Both the position numbers and the translations under genes were made by a program. The notes under the pieces were generated by a model. It was not told where the DNA came from. It saw only the letters and a list, made by a program, of their open reading frames with translations, and did no database searches. 64,000 bases of DNA from an uncultured Ignavibacteriales bacterium (GTDB taxonomy: Bacteria > Zixibacteria > MSB-5A5 > GN15 > FEB-12): NCBI GenBank assembly GCA_964526835.1, contig CAZGMK010000003.1:83436-147435 (forward strand). The letters run 5' to 3'. Below, piece after piece: positions 26,660-36,139 of the stretch. Position 1 is the stretch's first letter, and the number at the start of each line of letters is the position of its first letter.

Positions 26660-28907
26660 GAATATCCACTCCGTCAGTCAGCTTCAGGGCCACAATCGTT
26701 GTATCGTCGCGCGGCGGATCGGTTGGATCGTAGGCGCGCACGTCGGCAAGCACCCGCTTCACTAAATCGCCGGGGTCCAAATGGCGGTAATTGCGGACGA
26801 CTTCGACGATTCGTTGCTCTCCGTACTCACGCTCCTGGCTGTCCATTGCCTCAGAGAGCCCGTCGGTGAACATGAACAACACATCCCCCTTCTTAAGCTC
26901 CAGCGTGGCCGACTCGTATTCCATGAACGGAAACGCGCCTATGATCGGTCCGCCGACCTTGAGTCGCTCGACGGCGCCGTTCGCCCGGACCATAATCGGC
27001 CAGTTGTGTCCGGCGTTGGCGTAGCGCAATTGACGACTCTGCGGGTCCAGCTCAGCGTAGAAGAGCGTAACATACTTCTCCGCCGATGTAGCTTCCGTGA
27101 TCTGCTGATTGGCGCGCTTGAGCATCGCGGAAACCGGGTTTCCGTTGGACACTTCATTGCGGATAATCGCCTGCATCTGGGCGATCAGCAGTGCGGCGGG
27201 CATCCCCTTTCCCGAGGCGTCGGCAATTACGATGCCCACGCGCCCATCAGGCATCGCCAGGAAGTCGTAGAAGTCGCCGCCGACGGTTCGCGATGGAGTG
27301 GATGTCGAATGTATTCGGCCGCACGGAATAGTCGGTGGTTGCGACGGCAGCAGATCCAACTGGATCTGACGCGCCATGTTGATCTCTTCCTGAAGTCGTA
27401 AGCGCTCGAGTGATTCGACGTACAGCCGGGCGTTGGTCAGAGCCGATACCATCTGGTTGGAGAGCACCCCCAGCAGGTTTATGTCCTCCGACGAGTACCT
27501 GTAGCCGGCCGCCTTGCGAGTCAAGGCCAGGAATCCCAGGAGGTGCTCGGAATCCTTAAGCGGCAGAATCATTTTGACGCCTCGCCCTTCAAGCACCGCG
27601 GCCAAATCGGAGCCCTGACGGTACTCCGCCAGCGAATCGTAGAACGTCGGTGACTGGAGCAAGTTGATGCCCCGCAGCATCAAGTCCTCGCGGTCGATAA
27701 CATAACGACGCGGATAGTCCTCGGACGGCAGCAGCGCATACTCCTCGAGCTCGTCGTCGTACATGCAGAAGTATACTTGATCGACCAGCAGCGTGGTCTT
27801 GAGAGTGTCCTCGATCGTGCTTCGGAGTCGGGAAGGGTTGAACACCGAGATCACCTGGCGAGAGAACCGTTCGAGTACGTTGCGGTGATCGGCTCGGCTG
27901 CGAATGAACATCGTCTTGATCATATCATCCAGCCAGTTGCTGATTGGCTGAAACATCAGCAACATAACAATGATCAGGCCGTAGCTGACCATATCGGCTC
28001 TGTTGCCGAAGACCGGTTGCAGCATGTCGCGGGCCTGTACCACCAGCAGTATGTAGGTCCCGACGAGTATGGCTGATGTGACGGTTGTCACGAACGACTG
28101 GCGGAAGACCATCTGCACATCGAGAAACTGATGGCGGATCGTCGCCAGCACAAAGAGGGTTGCTCCGACCAAGAGGCCGAGTACCATCAGCACGGCCCCC
28201 GAATCCTTCCCTATGATGTTGGGTACCAGCCAATGCCCGGCGAGGCCAACCACGAAGAAGCCCAGGCCGACACGAATGCCCCATAGTACCCAGCGGGCCT
28301 GGATGCGAATACTGGGATTGGTGACTTGATCGGCTCCGCTTTCGAGGAAGAACACGGCTGCGCCGACATAGGCAAGGTTGATCAGGCCGAAGACCGTCGC
28401 CTGGTAGGTCCGTATCGCCCCGATGGCCAGGCTCAGCCAGGCCGTCAGTTTATTCAGGGGTTCGACTACCAGCGACAGCAGCCCCGACTCGACGGAGTCG
28501 AGAGAGAGACTGTCGAGGGCGCTGATGATTTCCGGGGCAAATAGCACGATCAGTATATGAAACAGGGGGGGGAGGAAGATCAAGTATCGCCAGCGGCTGT
28601 GACCAAGGCTCCTCAGCCGGTCGACCGGATAAGCCAGGGCAAACAGAAGAAGGCAGGGGAAAAAGAACTCCCAGGCGTGCCGCAGGTTGTACAGCGCCGA
28701 GTTATAGAAACTCGCATCCTCACCTCCCTGCAGGGCGAACTCGCCCAGGGCCATCGCCACCGGACCAAGGCCGGAGAAGAACAACATCGTCCCGGTGATT
28801 CTGTTGAGGCGATTGGCGAAGTTGTCCCGGGTGATCGTAATGGCCAGGAAGATCAGGAACCCGCCGGCAAGCAGGTACCCAACCGCTATGAGCTGATCGG
28901 CACTCAT
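26643..28907 (-). CDS. Polytopic membrane sensor - GAF - PP2C (SpoIIE/RsbU-type) phosphatase
   Basis: About 320 aa of TM helices, then a GAF-like region, then PP2C motifs GGDFYDF, IADASGKGMPAALL and FTDGLSEA. Confidence 0.85.
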   Translation of the reverse strand: MSADQLIAVGYLLAGGFLIFLAITITRDNFANRLNRITGTMLFFSGLGPVAMALGEFALQGGEDASFYNSALYNLRHAWEFFFPCLLLFALAYPVDRLRSLGHSRWRYLIFLPPLFHILIVLFAPEIISALDSLSLDSVESGLLSLVVEPLNKLTAWLSLAIGAIRTYQATVFGLINLAYVGAAVFFLESGADQVTNPSIRIQARWVLWGIRVGLGFFVVGLAGHWLVPNIIGKDSGAVLMVLGLLVGATLFVLATIRHQFLDVQMVFRQSFVTTVTSAILVGTYILLVVQARDMLQPVFGNRADMVSYGLIIVMLLMFQPISNWLDDMIKTMFIRSRADHRNVLERFSRQVISVFNPSRLRSTIEDTLKTTLLVDQVYFCMYDDELEEYALLPSEDYPRRYVIDREDLMLRGINLLQSPTFYDSLAEYRQGSDLAAVLEGRGVKMILPLKDSEHLLGFLALTRKAAGYRYSSEDINLLGVLSNQMVSALTNARLYVESLERLRLQEEINMARQIQLDLLPSQPPTIPCGRIHSTSTPSRTVGGDFYDFLAMPDGRVGIVIADASGKGMPAALLIAQMQAIIRNEVSNGNPVSAMLKRANQQITEATSAEKYVTLFYAELDPQSRQLRYANAGHNWPIMVRANGAVERLKVGGPIIGAFPFMEYESATLELKKGDVLFMFTDGLSEAMDSQEREYGEQRIVEVVRNYRHLDPGDLVKRVLADVRAYDPTDPPRDDTTIVALKLTDGVDIHEQKA

Positions 28908-28935
28908 GGACTATTGCCGCTTCACAACAGCGAGA

Positions 28936-29358
28936 CTACTTGATTGTTTTGCGAATAGTTACAGTAGTGCCATCCTCGGACGGCTCGATATCCACCTCGT
29001 CCATCAGCGAGCGCACAATGAAAATACCCCGTCCGACGTCTTTCAGCAGGTTCTCGTCGCTGATGGGATCATCAACCTCATCCGGGTTGAAACCGGTTCC
29101 CCTGTCGCGAACCGTAATAATGGCCTGATTATCTTGCCTGGTCACGTTCACCTCAACCGGTGTCTCGCCCGCAGCCCGGTTGCCGTGAAAGATGGCGTTA
29201 TTGACCAATTCGGAAACAGATATCGCAATGTCGGCGATGACCGACTCCGACGCACTCCATCCCCGCAGCAGCCCCTCCACGAACATGTCCACGTCGGTCA
29301 GGAACTTCTGGTCGGAGGGCACCACAATCGTATCGCCTTTGATTACCGGCTTGTCCAT
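28936..29358 (-). CDS. Anti-sigma-factor-type Ser kinase (RsbW/SpoIIAB-like, HATPase_c_2)
   Basis: N-box SELVNNAIFHGN and G-box VRDRGTGF. I preferred ATG 29358 (GAGG upstream); an alternative GTG lies at 29403. Confidence 0.75.
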   Translation of the reverse strand: MDKPVIKGDTIVVPSDQKFLTDVDMFVEGLLRGWSASESVIADIAISVSELVNNAIFHGNRAAGETPVEVNVTRQDNQAIITVRDRGTGFNPDEVDDPISDENLLKDVGRGIFIVRSLMDEVDIEPSEDGTTVTIRKTIK

Positions 29359-29441
29359 ATAGCTGGCCTCGATTGCAGGAAAGGCAGGTTGCCTTCCAGC
29401 CACCTGCCGTATTCAGTGTCTAGTACAGGCGCCCGTATCGG

Positions 29442-29780
29442 CTATTCGAACGACTCAACGGCGTCTTCAACGGAATCGTAAGCCTCAAACACACCGACCA
29501 GCTTCGTGATCGTCAAGAGCGACTGGATCTTCTCGGTGATTCGGGCCAGTTTGAGCTTGCCGTCGCTGTTACGAAGCGTGGTATAGCCCTGAATCAGAAT
29601 CCCGAGTCCGGTCGAGTTCATCCATTCGACCCCGGCCAAATCGATGATCACCTTCTTCTTATCCGCCTTGATGCACTCGTACAGCTTGTCGTGCAGAAGA
29701 CTGGCATCCGGGCCACCCATGATTTTACCCTCGGGCTGCAGAATCACGATGCCACTCTCCTCACGGTAGTTCAATTTCAT
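29442..29780 (-). CDS. STAS-domain anti-anti-sigma factor (RsbV/SpoIIAA-like)
   Basis: 112 aa. ..VIIDLAGVEWMNSTGLGILI.. contains the conserved phosphorylatable Ser context. Confidence 0.85.
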   Translation of the reverse strand: MKLNYREESGIVILQPEGKIMGGPDASLLHDKLYECIKADKKKVIIDLAGVEWMNSTGLGILIQGYTTLRNSDGKLKLARITEKIQSLLTITKLVGVFEAYDSVEDAVESFE

Positions 29781-30030
29781 ACCGCATACGCCTCCGCTGT
29801 CGGCCTGTTATCGCTTTCTCTTACGCGCCACATTCAATCTGTGTTTCCGCAAAGAGGCTCCTGTAGTGTCTTCATCCGGCTTGCCCTCACCGGCTGGCGG
29901 GCCGGATTCACGCAGGCACGAAGTAACCCCACAATTACCCGTACCGAGAGTCGCAAGTCAAGGTCTTTCTCGTCTTGCGCGTGCGGTAAGGTGTTAATTC
30001 ATAAGGGGTTCCGCTTTGGCGGCAAGAGAA

Positions 30031-30052
30031 GGGGCGGCCGGGAAGCCGCCCC
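30031..30052 (-). terminator. Candidate intrinsic terminator after the OFOR-flavoprotein operon
   Basis: GGGGCGGC-cgggaa-GCCGCCCC, an 8-bp GC stem lying 10 nt beyond the stop at 30062. On the minus strand it is followed by UUCUCUU. Confidence 0.5.
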
Positions 30053-30061
30053 TGACTGGTT

Positions 30062-30526
30062 TCAGTCAATGTTGTGCGTCAGCTTGCCTGCCTGCTCACG
30101 GCGTGAGGTAGGTTTGGCCGGACGATAGTCCAGGGCCTTGGTGGGGCAGAAGTGCGCGCACACCGGATCGCCCCCGCAGAGGTCGCACTTGACCATCATG
30201 TCGTGCTGGCTGTCGTATAAGGTACAGCCGAACGGACAGGCGGCCTCACAGGCGCGACACTTGACGCACTTGTCCTGATCCAGTTCGATGGCCCCGGTTT
30301 CCTCGTTGCGCGACAGGGCGTCAACCAGGCACGATTTGACACACGCCGGATCATCGCAATGCAGACAGACCACTGGAGTATAAAGGTCCTTCGCACCGCC
30401 GGGCAGGGGATAGATACGGCTGCGGCTGGGTTTATTGCCGATCTGGTGGGCGAAAGCGCATGCCAACTCACACGTGCGGCATCCGATACACAGGCTCGGG
30501 ATAACCATGAGACGTGACTTGATCAC
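30062..30526 (-). CDS. CooF/DmsB-like polyferredoxin (four Cys clusters)
   Basis: Cys motifs CIGCRTCELAC, CLHCDDPACVKSC, CVKCRACEAACP and CDLCGG..CAHFCP. The GTG start at 30526 is preceded by GAGGAGG and overlaps the upstream stop (GTGA). The longer ORF to 30601 is unlikely. Confidence 0.8.
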   Translation of the reverse strand: MIKSRLMVIPSLCIGCRTCELACAFAHQIGNKPSRSRIYPLPGGAKDLYTPVVCLHCDDPACVKSCLVDALSRNEETGAIELDQDKCVKCRACEAACPFGCTLYDSQHDMMVKCDLCGGDPVCAHFCPTKALDYRPAKPTSRREQAGKLTHNID

Positions 30527-31308
30527 GACGTCACCTCCTCGTCGCTTCGGCTCCACCTGACAATGCTGCCCATCCTCAGGGAAATCTCCTTTCGATGACA
30601 CTCATCACAGATATCGAAGTACTCTCGCGGTATATTGCGCATCTTGCTCAGCGTGTCGGCGAAAGCTTCAGTGATAGTCAATTTGCCGCACTTGTGGCAC
30701 TTGATGCGATTGAATTGCTTGCCCCAGATGGTTCGGGTATCGCCCGAGTCTTCGTACTCTATGAAGTTCGTCGGGCAATTTTCGGCGCAGCTCAAACAGC
30801 CGACGCAGTCCGGCGGCGCCTGCTTCAAAGGGGGCGCCACTTCGCGACCGTGACCTCGGTCGACCATGCTGATCGCGTGGAAGCCGAGGGTGTCACAGAT
30901 GCGGGTGCAGATGGCGCACAGGATGCAATTGTCGCCGTCGGGAATCGTCTCGTAGCTGGTCTGGGTGACTCCATACTCGGCCGCCAGCTTGCGAATCTGC
31001 GTTGAGTTCGGACAGCGTGCCAGTTGCAGATCGAGCACCTGTCGCCTCAGTTCGTCGACTTCTTCGGTGTGGGTCCGGACAATCAAGCCGTCCTCGACCG
31101 GATACAGACATGATGTCACGTGCTTGACCCAGCCGTCCCATTCCCTCCGCGTGATCTCCACCATGCAGAGACGGCAGGCTCCGTATGGCTCCACCGCGTC
31201 GTGATGGCAGAGCGCCGGTACATCAATGCCCATCCGCTTGATCACGGCCAGGAGCATTTCGCCTTCTTTGGCTTCGGTTGCGCGTCCATTTATAGTGAGT
31301 TTAACCAT
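30523..31308 (-). CDS. HoxU / NuoG-N-terminal-like iron-sulfur protein ([2Fe-2S] plus 2x[4Fe-4S], no catalytic domain)
   Basis: N-terminal MVKLTINGR..LCHHD..GACRLCMVEI is a Fer2_4-type domain. Followed by CILCAICTRIC and CVGCLSCAENCP. There is an additional CHKC...CDEC pair at the C-terminus. Confidence 0.75.
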   Translation of the reverse strand: MVKLTINGRATEAKEGEMLLAVIKRMGIDVPALCHHDAVEPYGACRLCMVEITRREWDGWVKHVTSCLYPVEDGLIVRTHTEEVDELRRQVLDLQLARCPNSTQIRKLAAEYGVTQTSYETIPDGDNCILCAICTRICDTLGFHAISMVDRGHGREVAPPLKQAPPDCVGCLSCAENCPTNFIEYEDSGDTRTIWGKQFNRIKCHKCGKLTITEAFADTLSKMRNIPREYFDICDECHRKEISLRMGSIVRWSRSDEEVTS

Positions 31309-31319
31309 GCCGACTTCTC

Positions 31320-33176
31320 CTACCGCACAATGACGGCATCACGTTGGCAGATCGCCTTGCATGCGCCGCACTTGTCGCATCGTTCCTGGTCGATGATATG
31401 CACTTCGTTTTTCTTGCCGCTGATGCACTTCTGGGCGCAGGCGTGGATGCAGGCCATGCACCCGTCGCATTTCTCCGGGTCGATCTCGTATGTAATAAGG
31501 GCGCGGCAGACCCCGGCCGGGCAGCGTCGGTCGCGAATGTGGGCCAGGTACTCATCCCGGAAATAGCGGATGGTACTCAAAAACGGGTTGGGGCCCGACT
31601 TGCCGAGACCGCACAGCGAGCCGATGACAATCGACTTCGACAGCCGTTCCATCTTGTCCAGATCGTCTTCCGTGGCCCGTCCCTCGCTGATTGCAACAGC
31701 CAGAGCGTGAAGCTGGTAGAGTCCTTCACGACACGGGACGCATTTGCCGCAGGACTCATCGATGAGGAAACTCAGGAAGTACTTCGCCACGTCGACCACG
31801 CAGGTGTTTTCGTCCATGACGATCATGCCACCGGAACCCATCATCGAACCGGCCTGGGTGAGGGTGTCGAAGTCCACCGACAGGTCCAGCTTGTCCTCGG
31901 GCAGACAGCCGCCGGAAGGTCCACCGGTCTGCACCGCTTTGAAGGGACGACCTTCCAGCACGCCGCCGCCGATGTCGTAGATGATCTGGCGCAGGGTCGT
32001 GCCCATGGGTACTTCGATCAGCCCGCTGTTGCAGACCTTGCCTACCAGAGAGAAGGCCTTAGTCCCTGAACTCTTCGATGTTCCGATCGCGGCGAACCAG
32101 TCGCCGCCGTGTTCGATAATGAGCGGGACGTTGGCGTAGCTCTCGACATTGTTGAGAACCGTGGGCTTGTCAAACAGTCCCTTTTGCACCGAGCGGATGT
32201 ACTTGGCGCGCGGCTCGCCGACATTCCCGGCCACCGACTGCATGAGAGCAGACGATTCGCCGCAGACGAAGGCGCCCCCTCCCCGACTGATGCGAATGTC
32301 GAAATCGAATCCGGACCCGAGAATGTCCTCGCCGAGCAGACCCAGATCGCGGGCGTCCTCGATGGCCCTTTGCAGGTTGACGACCGCCAGGGGGTACTCC
32401 TCGCGGACGTAGATGTACCCCTCATGGGCCCCGACCGCCCAGGCTGCGATGATCATACCCTCGAGGACCGAGTGCGGATCACCTTCCATGATGGCGCGGT
32501 CCATAAACGCGCCCGGGTCGCCCTCGTCGCCGTTGCAGATGACGTAGTGCGGGGTTTCCTCAAGTCTGGCACAGGACTCCCACTTGCGTCCGGCAGGAAA
32601 CCCGCCGCCGCCACGACCCCGCAGGCCCGATATCTTGACCTCATTGATTACATCTTCGGCCTTCATCTTGGTCAATGCCTTAGCCGCACCGCCGTAGCCA
32701 CCAACCGCAATGTATTCCTCGATATCGCCCTGACGAATTCGTCCCAGGTTGCGCAGGGCCAGGCGCTGCTGGTTCTTGTAGAAGTCAATGTTGCGCCAGT
32801 CGCATATCTTGTTTCCCGTCCCGGGATCGGTGTAGAGGAGACGCTCGATTGTCTTCTTGCCGCGAATAGTCTCTTCGACGATCTCCTCAACATCTCCGGG
32901 GCGCACCCGGGTGTAGAAAATCCCCTCGGGTTCGATGACCACAAGCGGGCCGAACTGGCACAAACCATGGCAGCCGGTCTCGACCAGTGCTTCGACAGAG
33001 AAGTCCTTGATGCGTTTCTTATTGAGAACGGCATTGAATTTGTCGCTCACATCCCGCGCCCCGCTGGCGAGGCATCCGGGCCCGCAACAGATCAACACCC
33101 GGCGAGAGTGTTTGGCCATCTTTGCCTGGCACTCTTTGCGATACTTCTGAAGCTGTTTGACCGATTCCATTCGCAT
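31320..33176 (-). CDS. NuoF/HydB/HoxF-like NAD(P)H-binding flavoprotein (Trx-like [2Fe-2S] N-domain, FMN/NADH core, C-terminal 2x[4Fe-4S])
   Basis: FMN site GLRGRGGGGFPAGRKWE. NADH site VICNGDEGDPGAFMDR. N3 cluster ESCGKCVPCREG..LCGLG. C-terminal CDGCMACIHAC and CDKCGACKAIC. ATG 33176 sits after GGAGG; a GTG at 33179 is also possible. Confidence 0.9.
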   Translation of the reverse strand: MRMESVKQLQKYRKECQAKMAKHSRRVLICCGPGCLASGARDVSDKFNAVLNKKRIKDFSVEALVETGCHGLCQFGPLVVIEPEGIFYTRVRPGDVEEIVEETIRGKKTIERLLYTDPGTGNKICDWRNIDFYKNQQRLALRNLGRIRQGDIEEYIAVGGYGGAAKALTKMKAEDVINEVKISGLRGRGGGGFPAGRKWESCARLEETPHYVICNGDEGDPGAFMDRAIMEGDPHSVLEGMIIAAWAVGAHEGYIYVREEYPLAVVNLQRAIEDARDLGLLGEDILGSGFDFDIRISRGGGAFVCGESSALMQSVAGNVGEPRAKYIRSVQKGLFDKPTVLNNVESYANVPLIIEHGGDWFAAIGTSKSSGTKAFSLVGKVCNSGLIEVPMGTTLRQIIYDIGGGVLEGRPFKAVQTGGPSGGCLPEDKLDLSVDFDTLTQAGSMMGSGGMIVMDENTCVVDVAKYFLSFLIDESCGKCVPCREGLYQLHALAVAISEGRATEDDLDKMERLSKSIVIGSLCGLGKSGPNPFLSTIRYFRDEYLAHIRDRRCPAGVCRALITYEIDPEKCDGCMACIHACAQKCISGKKNEVHIIDQERCDKCGACKAICQRDAVIVR

Positions 33177-33646
33177 CACTTCTTCCTCCGGTCTCGCAGC
33201 AGCTTCTTCATATGCGTGAGTTTGACCCCGCCATAAAATTTGTCATTGACGGCGACTACCGGCGCCATCGAGCAAGCGCCGACGCAGGCCACCTTCTCGA
33301 GCGTGTACTTGAGGTCGGGCGTCGTGTCTCCCGCCTTGATTCCCAACTCGTTCTCGAGACGTTCCACAATTTGCTGAGCGCCGCGAATGTGGCAGGTCGT
33401 ACCCATACAAACCCGAATGCACTTCTCGCCTCGCGGTACCAGGCTGAAGGCGTTGTAGAAAGTGGCCACCGAATAGACCTTGGACAAAGGGACGTCGAGT
33501 CGCTCAGCCGTCTTATGCAGTGCCTCTTCGGGCAGGTAATGATACTCCTGTTGCACATCCTGAAGCACCGCGATCAGCGATTCCCTGGTCTGTGGGTAGC
33601 GTTCGAAAATCGCGGGCAGTCTATCCAAATCCAACTCTGCTTTCAT
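33176..33646 (-). CDS. NuoE/HydC/HoxE-like [2Fe-2S] thioredoxin-fold subunit
   Basis: CMGTTCHIRG...CVGACSMAPVVAVND. ATGA overlap with the OFOR gamma gene stop. Confidence 0.85.
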   Translation of the reverse strand: MKAELDLDRLPAIFERYPQTRESLIAVLQDVQQEYHYLPEEALHKTAERLDVPLSKVYSVATFYNAFSLVPRGEKCIRVCMGTTCHIRGAQQIVERLENELGIKAGDTTPDLKYTLEKVACVGACSMAPVVAVNDKFYGGVKLTHMKKLLRDRRKK

Positions 33647-34212
33647 GCCTTGACCTTCTTGCTCTTCCCGGCCACTTTCCGGCCAAGTTTGAAGCCCTGC
33701 TCCAGGACCGCGAAGTTGACCTCCAGGACTTCCTTCTTCCTGGCCAGCTTCTCCTTGATGATTTCCCGCACCGTATCGACCTTGACCACCCCGGTTGCGC
33801 CGATGAAAGCACCGAGAACCACAACATTAGCCGCCCTGGCGTTACCTGCCTTCCTGGCCATATCATTAGCCGGCATCAGCAGTTCAGTTATGTCGTCGCG
33901 ATCGGTAGTGACGTCAATGAGTGAGCTGTTGACTATCGACAGCCCGCCGGGCTTGATCAGTGGAATGAATTTGTCAAATGAAGGACGATTGAAGACACAG
34001 GCACATTGCGGCTTCGTGATGATCGGCGACCCGATGCGATGGTCCGATACGACCACTGTGCAATAGGCGGTGCCTCCACGCATCTCCGGGCCGTAGCTGG
34101 GCAGCCAGGTAACGTGCTTGCCCTCGGCGATGCCTGAGTAGGCCAGAAGCTGGCCGGCGGTCAGGATCCCCTGGCCGCCGAACCCGGCGAAGGTGACTTC
34201 ATACTGTTCCAT
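33643..34212 (-). CDS. 2-oxoacid:ferredoxin oxidoreductase, gamma subunit
   Basis: FAGFGGQGILTAGQLLA..PSYGPEMRGGTA. ATG 34212 is preceded by GGAGGG and overlaps the beta-subunit stop (TAATG). Confidence 0.85.
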   Translation of the reverse strand: MEQYEVTFAGFGGQGILTAGQLLAYSGIAEGKHVTWLPSYGPEMRGGTAYCTVVVSDHRIGSPIITKPQCACVFNRPSFDKFIPLIKPGGLSIVNSSLIDVTTDRDDITELLMPANDMARKAGNARAANVVVLGAFIGATGVVKVDTVREIIKEKLARKKEVLEVNFAVLEQGFKLGRKVAGKSKKVKA

Positions 34213-34967
34213 TACTTGCCCTCCGGATCCTTGAAGCAACCCAAAGGATAGTAGGGGATCATCTTATCGGCCAGCCAGTCAGTTGCCTCAGCCGGGTTCA
34301 TTCCCCAGTTGGTCGGACAGGTCGAAAGCACCTCGACAAACGTGAAGCAGCGATCCTCAACCTGATAGGAGAAGGCCTTCTTGATTGCCTTTTTCGCCTG
34401 GACAATATGCCTTGGGTCGTAGACGGTAACCCGTTCAACGTAGGCCGGCGTGGCCAGCGTGGCCAGGAGCTCAGACATACGAATGGGCATCCCGACTTGG
34501 CTGGTGTCTCGACCAAAGGGGCAAGTAGTTGTAATCTGGTTTTCAAGTGTCGTTGGAGCCATCTGACCGCCGGTCATGCCGTAGATGGCATTATTGACGA
34601 AGACAACCGTGAACTTCTCGCCTCGATTGGCGGCGTGCACGATCTCACCCATACCGATTGACGCGAGATCTCCATCACCCTGATAGGTGAAGACTATCAT
34701 ATCAGGCCGCAGGCGCTTAAAACCGGTAGCCAGCGCCGGAGCGCGACCGTGCGCCGCCTCCATGAAATCGGTGTTGATATAATTGTAAGCCAGCACCGAA
34801 CAGCCAACCGGCGCCACTCCGCAGGTTCTCTCGCGAACGCCCAACTCGTCCAGTGACTCCGCAATCAGGCGGTGAATCACACCGTGGGTGCAGCCCGGAC
34901 AGTAGTGGGTGACGTTTTCCTTCATGGCCACCGGCCGGTCGAAAATAGTCCTGGTATCAACTGCCAT
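34212..34967 (-). CDS. 2-oxoacid:ferredoxin oxidoreductase, beta (TPP-binding) subunit
   Basis: CPGCTHGVIHRL and TPP motif YQGDGDLASIG...NNAIYGMTGGQ. ATG 34967 is preceded by GAGG; an alternative TTG lies at 34979. Confidence 0.9.
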   Translation of the reverse strand: MAVDTRTIFDRPVAMKENVTHYCPGCTHGVIHRLIAESLDELGVRERTCGVAPVGCSVLAYNYINTDFMEAAHGRAPALATGFKRLRPDMIVFTYQGDGDLASIGMGEIVHAANRGEKFTVVFVNNAIYGMTGGQMAPTTLENQITTTCPFGRDTSQVGMPIRMSELLATLATPAYVERVTVYDPRHIVQAKKAIKKAFSYQVEDRCFTFVEVLSTCPTNWGMNPAEATDWLADKMIPYYPLGCFKDPEGK

Positions 34968-34975
34968 AGGACACC

Positions 34976-36118
34976 TCAACCTTTCTTCTTGCTCTTAGCC
35001 GTCTTGCCCCCGGTCTTCTTCGAGGGGCTCTTGGCCTTCGCGCTCTTCTTCTGGGCCACCAGCTTGTAGACCTGCTCCTTGATCTCTTCAACCGATGGCA
35101 CGATGCCGCCAGTGCGCCCATAGAAGTGCACCGGACGTTTGCCCTTGACGGCCTTCTCGACATCGTCGTTCATCTGGGCCGTGCTCATCTCGATGGTCAA
35201 CACCTTCTTGATATTCTTCCTGGTGGCTTGCTCATGAATCTCGGCCTCGGGGAATGGGAACAGGGTTATCGGTCGGAACAACCCGACCGACAATCCCTCG
35301 GCCGCCAACTCATCGATGGCCGTCTGGCAGATACGTGCCATGGTGCCGTAGGAGACAACGAGCAGCCGGTTTTCCGTCTCTACTCTGTAGAGCTCGTAAC
35401 GCACTTCCTCGCGTTTCATCTGCTCGTACTTTGCATGCAGTTTCCAGGCGCTCTTCTCGAGCGCTACCGGATCGAGGAACAGTGACTTAATGATTCTCGG
35501 TTCTCGGCCATCGGCCCCGGTAGCCGCCCAGTCTTCAGCGATCTCCGGACGAGCCACCTCAATGTCTTCATCTGGGAATTCAACCGCCTCCATCATCTGT
35601 CCGATCATGCCGTCGCCGATCATCATGACCGGATTCCGATACTTGTCGGCCAGATCAAAGGCCAGCATCATCAGATCGACTGCTTCCTGAATACTCGAAG
35701 GGGCCAGAACAAGGAGTCGATAGTCTCCGTGCCCGCCCCCTTTCGTGGCCTGGAAATAATCGGACTGAGCCGGCAGAATGCCGCCGAGGCCGGGACCGCC
35801 ACGCATGATATTTACAATCACCGCCGGCAACTCGGCCCCGGCCATGTACGAGATCGCTTCCTGCATCAAGCTGATTCCGGGGCTCGACGAAGTAGTGAAG
35901 ACCCGTTTGCCTGTCGAAGCCGCGCCGAAGAGCATGTTCGATACGGCCACTTCGCTCTCGCCCTGGAGAAAGACACCGCCGACCTCCGGCATCCGTCGGG
36001 CGAGATACTCGGCTACCTCGGTCTGCGGCGTGATGGGATAGCAGAAGTAATTCCTGGCTCCGGCGCGGATGGCGGCCTCAGCGATCGCCTCATTACCCTT
36101 CATTAGTATCTTTGCCAT
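34976..36118 (-). CDS. 2-oxoacid:ferredoxin oxidoreductase, alpha subunit (with Lys-rich C-terminal tail)
   Basis: MKGNEAIAEAAIRAGARNYFCYPITPQTEV is a typical KorA/PorA N-terminus. The tail is KKSAKAKSPSKKTGGKTAKSKKKG. Confidence 0.9.
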   Translation of the reverse strand: MAKILMKGNEAIAEAAIRAGARNYFCYPITPQTEVAEYLARRMPEVGGVFLQGESEVAVSNMLFGAASTGKRVFTTSSSPGISLMQEAISYMAGAELPAVIVNIMRGGPGLGGILPAQSDYFQATKGGGHGDYRLLVLAPSSIQEAVDLMMLAFDLADKYRNPVMMIGDGMIGQMMEAVEFPDEDIEVARPEIAEDWAATGADGREPRIIKSLFLDPVALEKSAWKLHAKYEQMKREEVRYELYRVETENRLLVVSYGTMARICQTAIDELAAEGLSVGLFRPITLFPFPEAEIHEQATRKNIKKVLTIEMSTAQMNDDVEKAVKGKRPVHFYGRTGGIVPSVEEIKEQVYKLVAQKKSAKAKSPSKKTGGKTAKSKKKG

Positions 36119-36139
36119 GGCTCCTATCCATCCCTCCGG

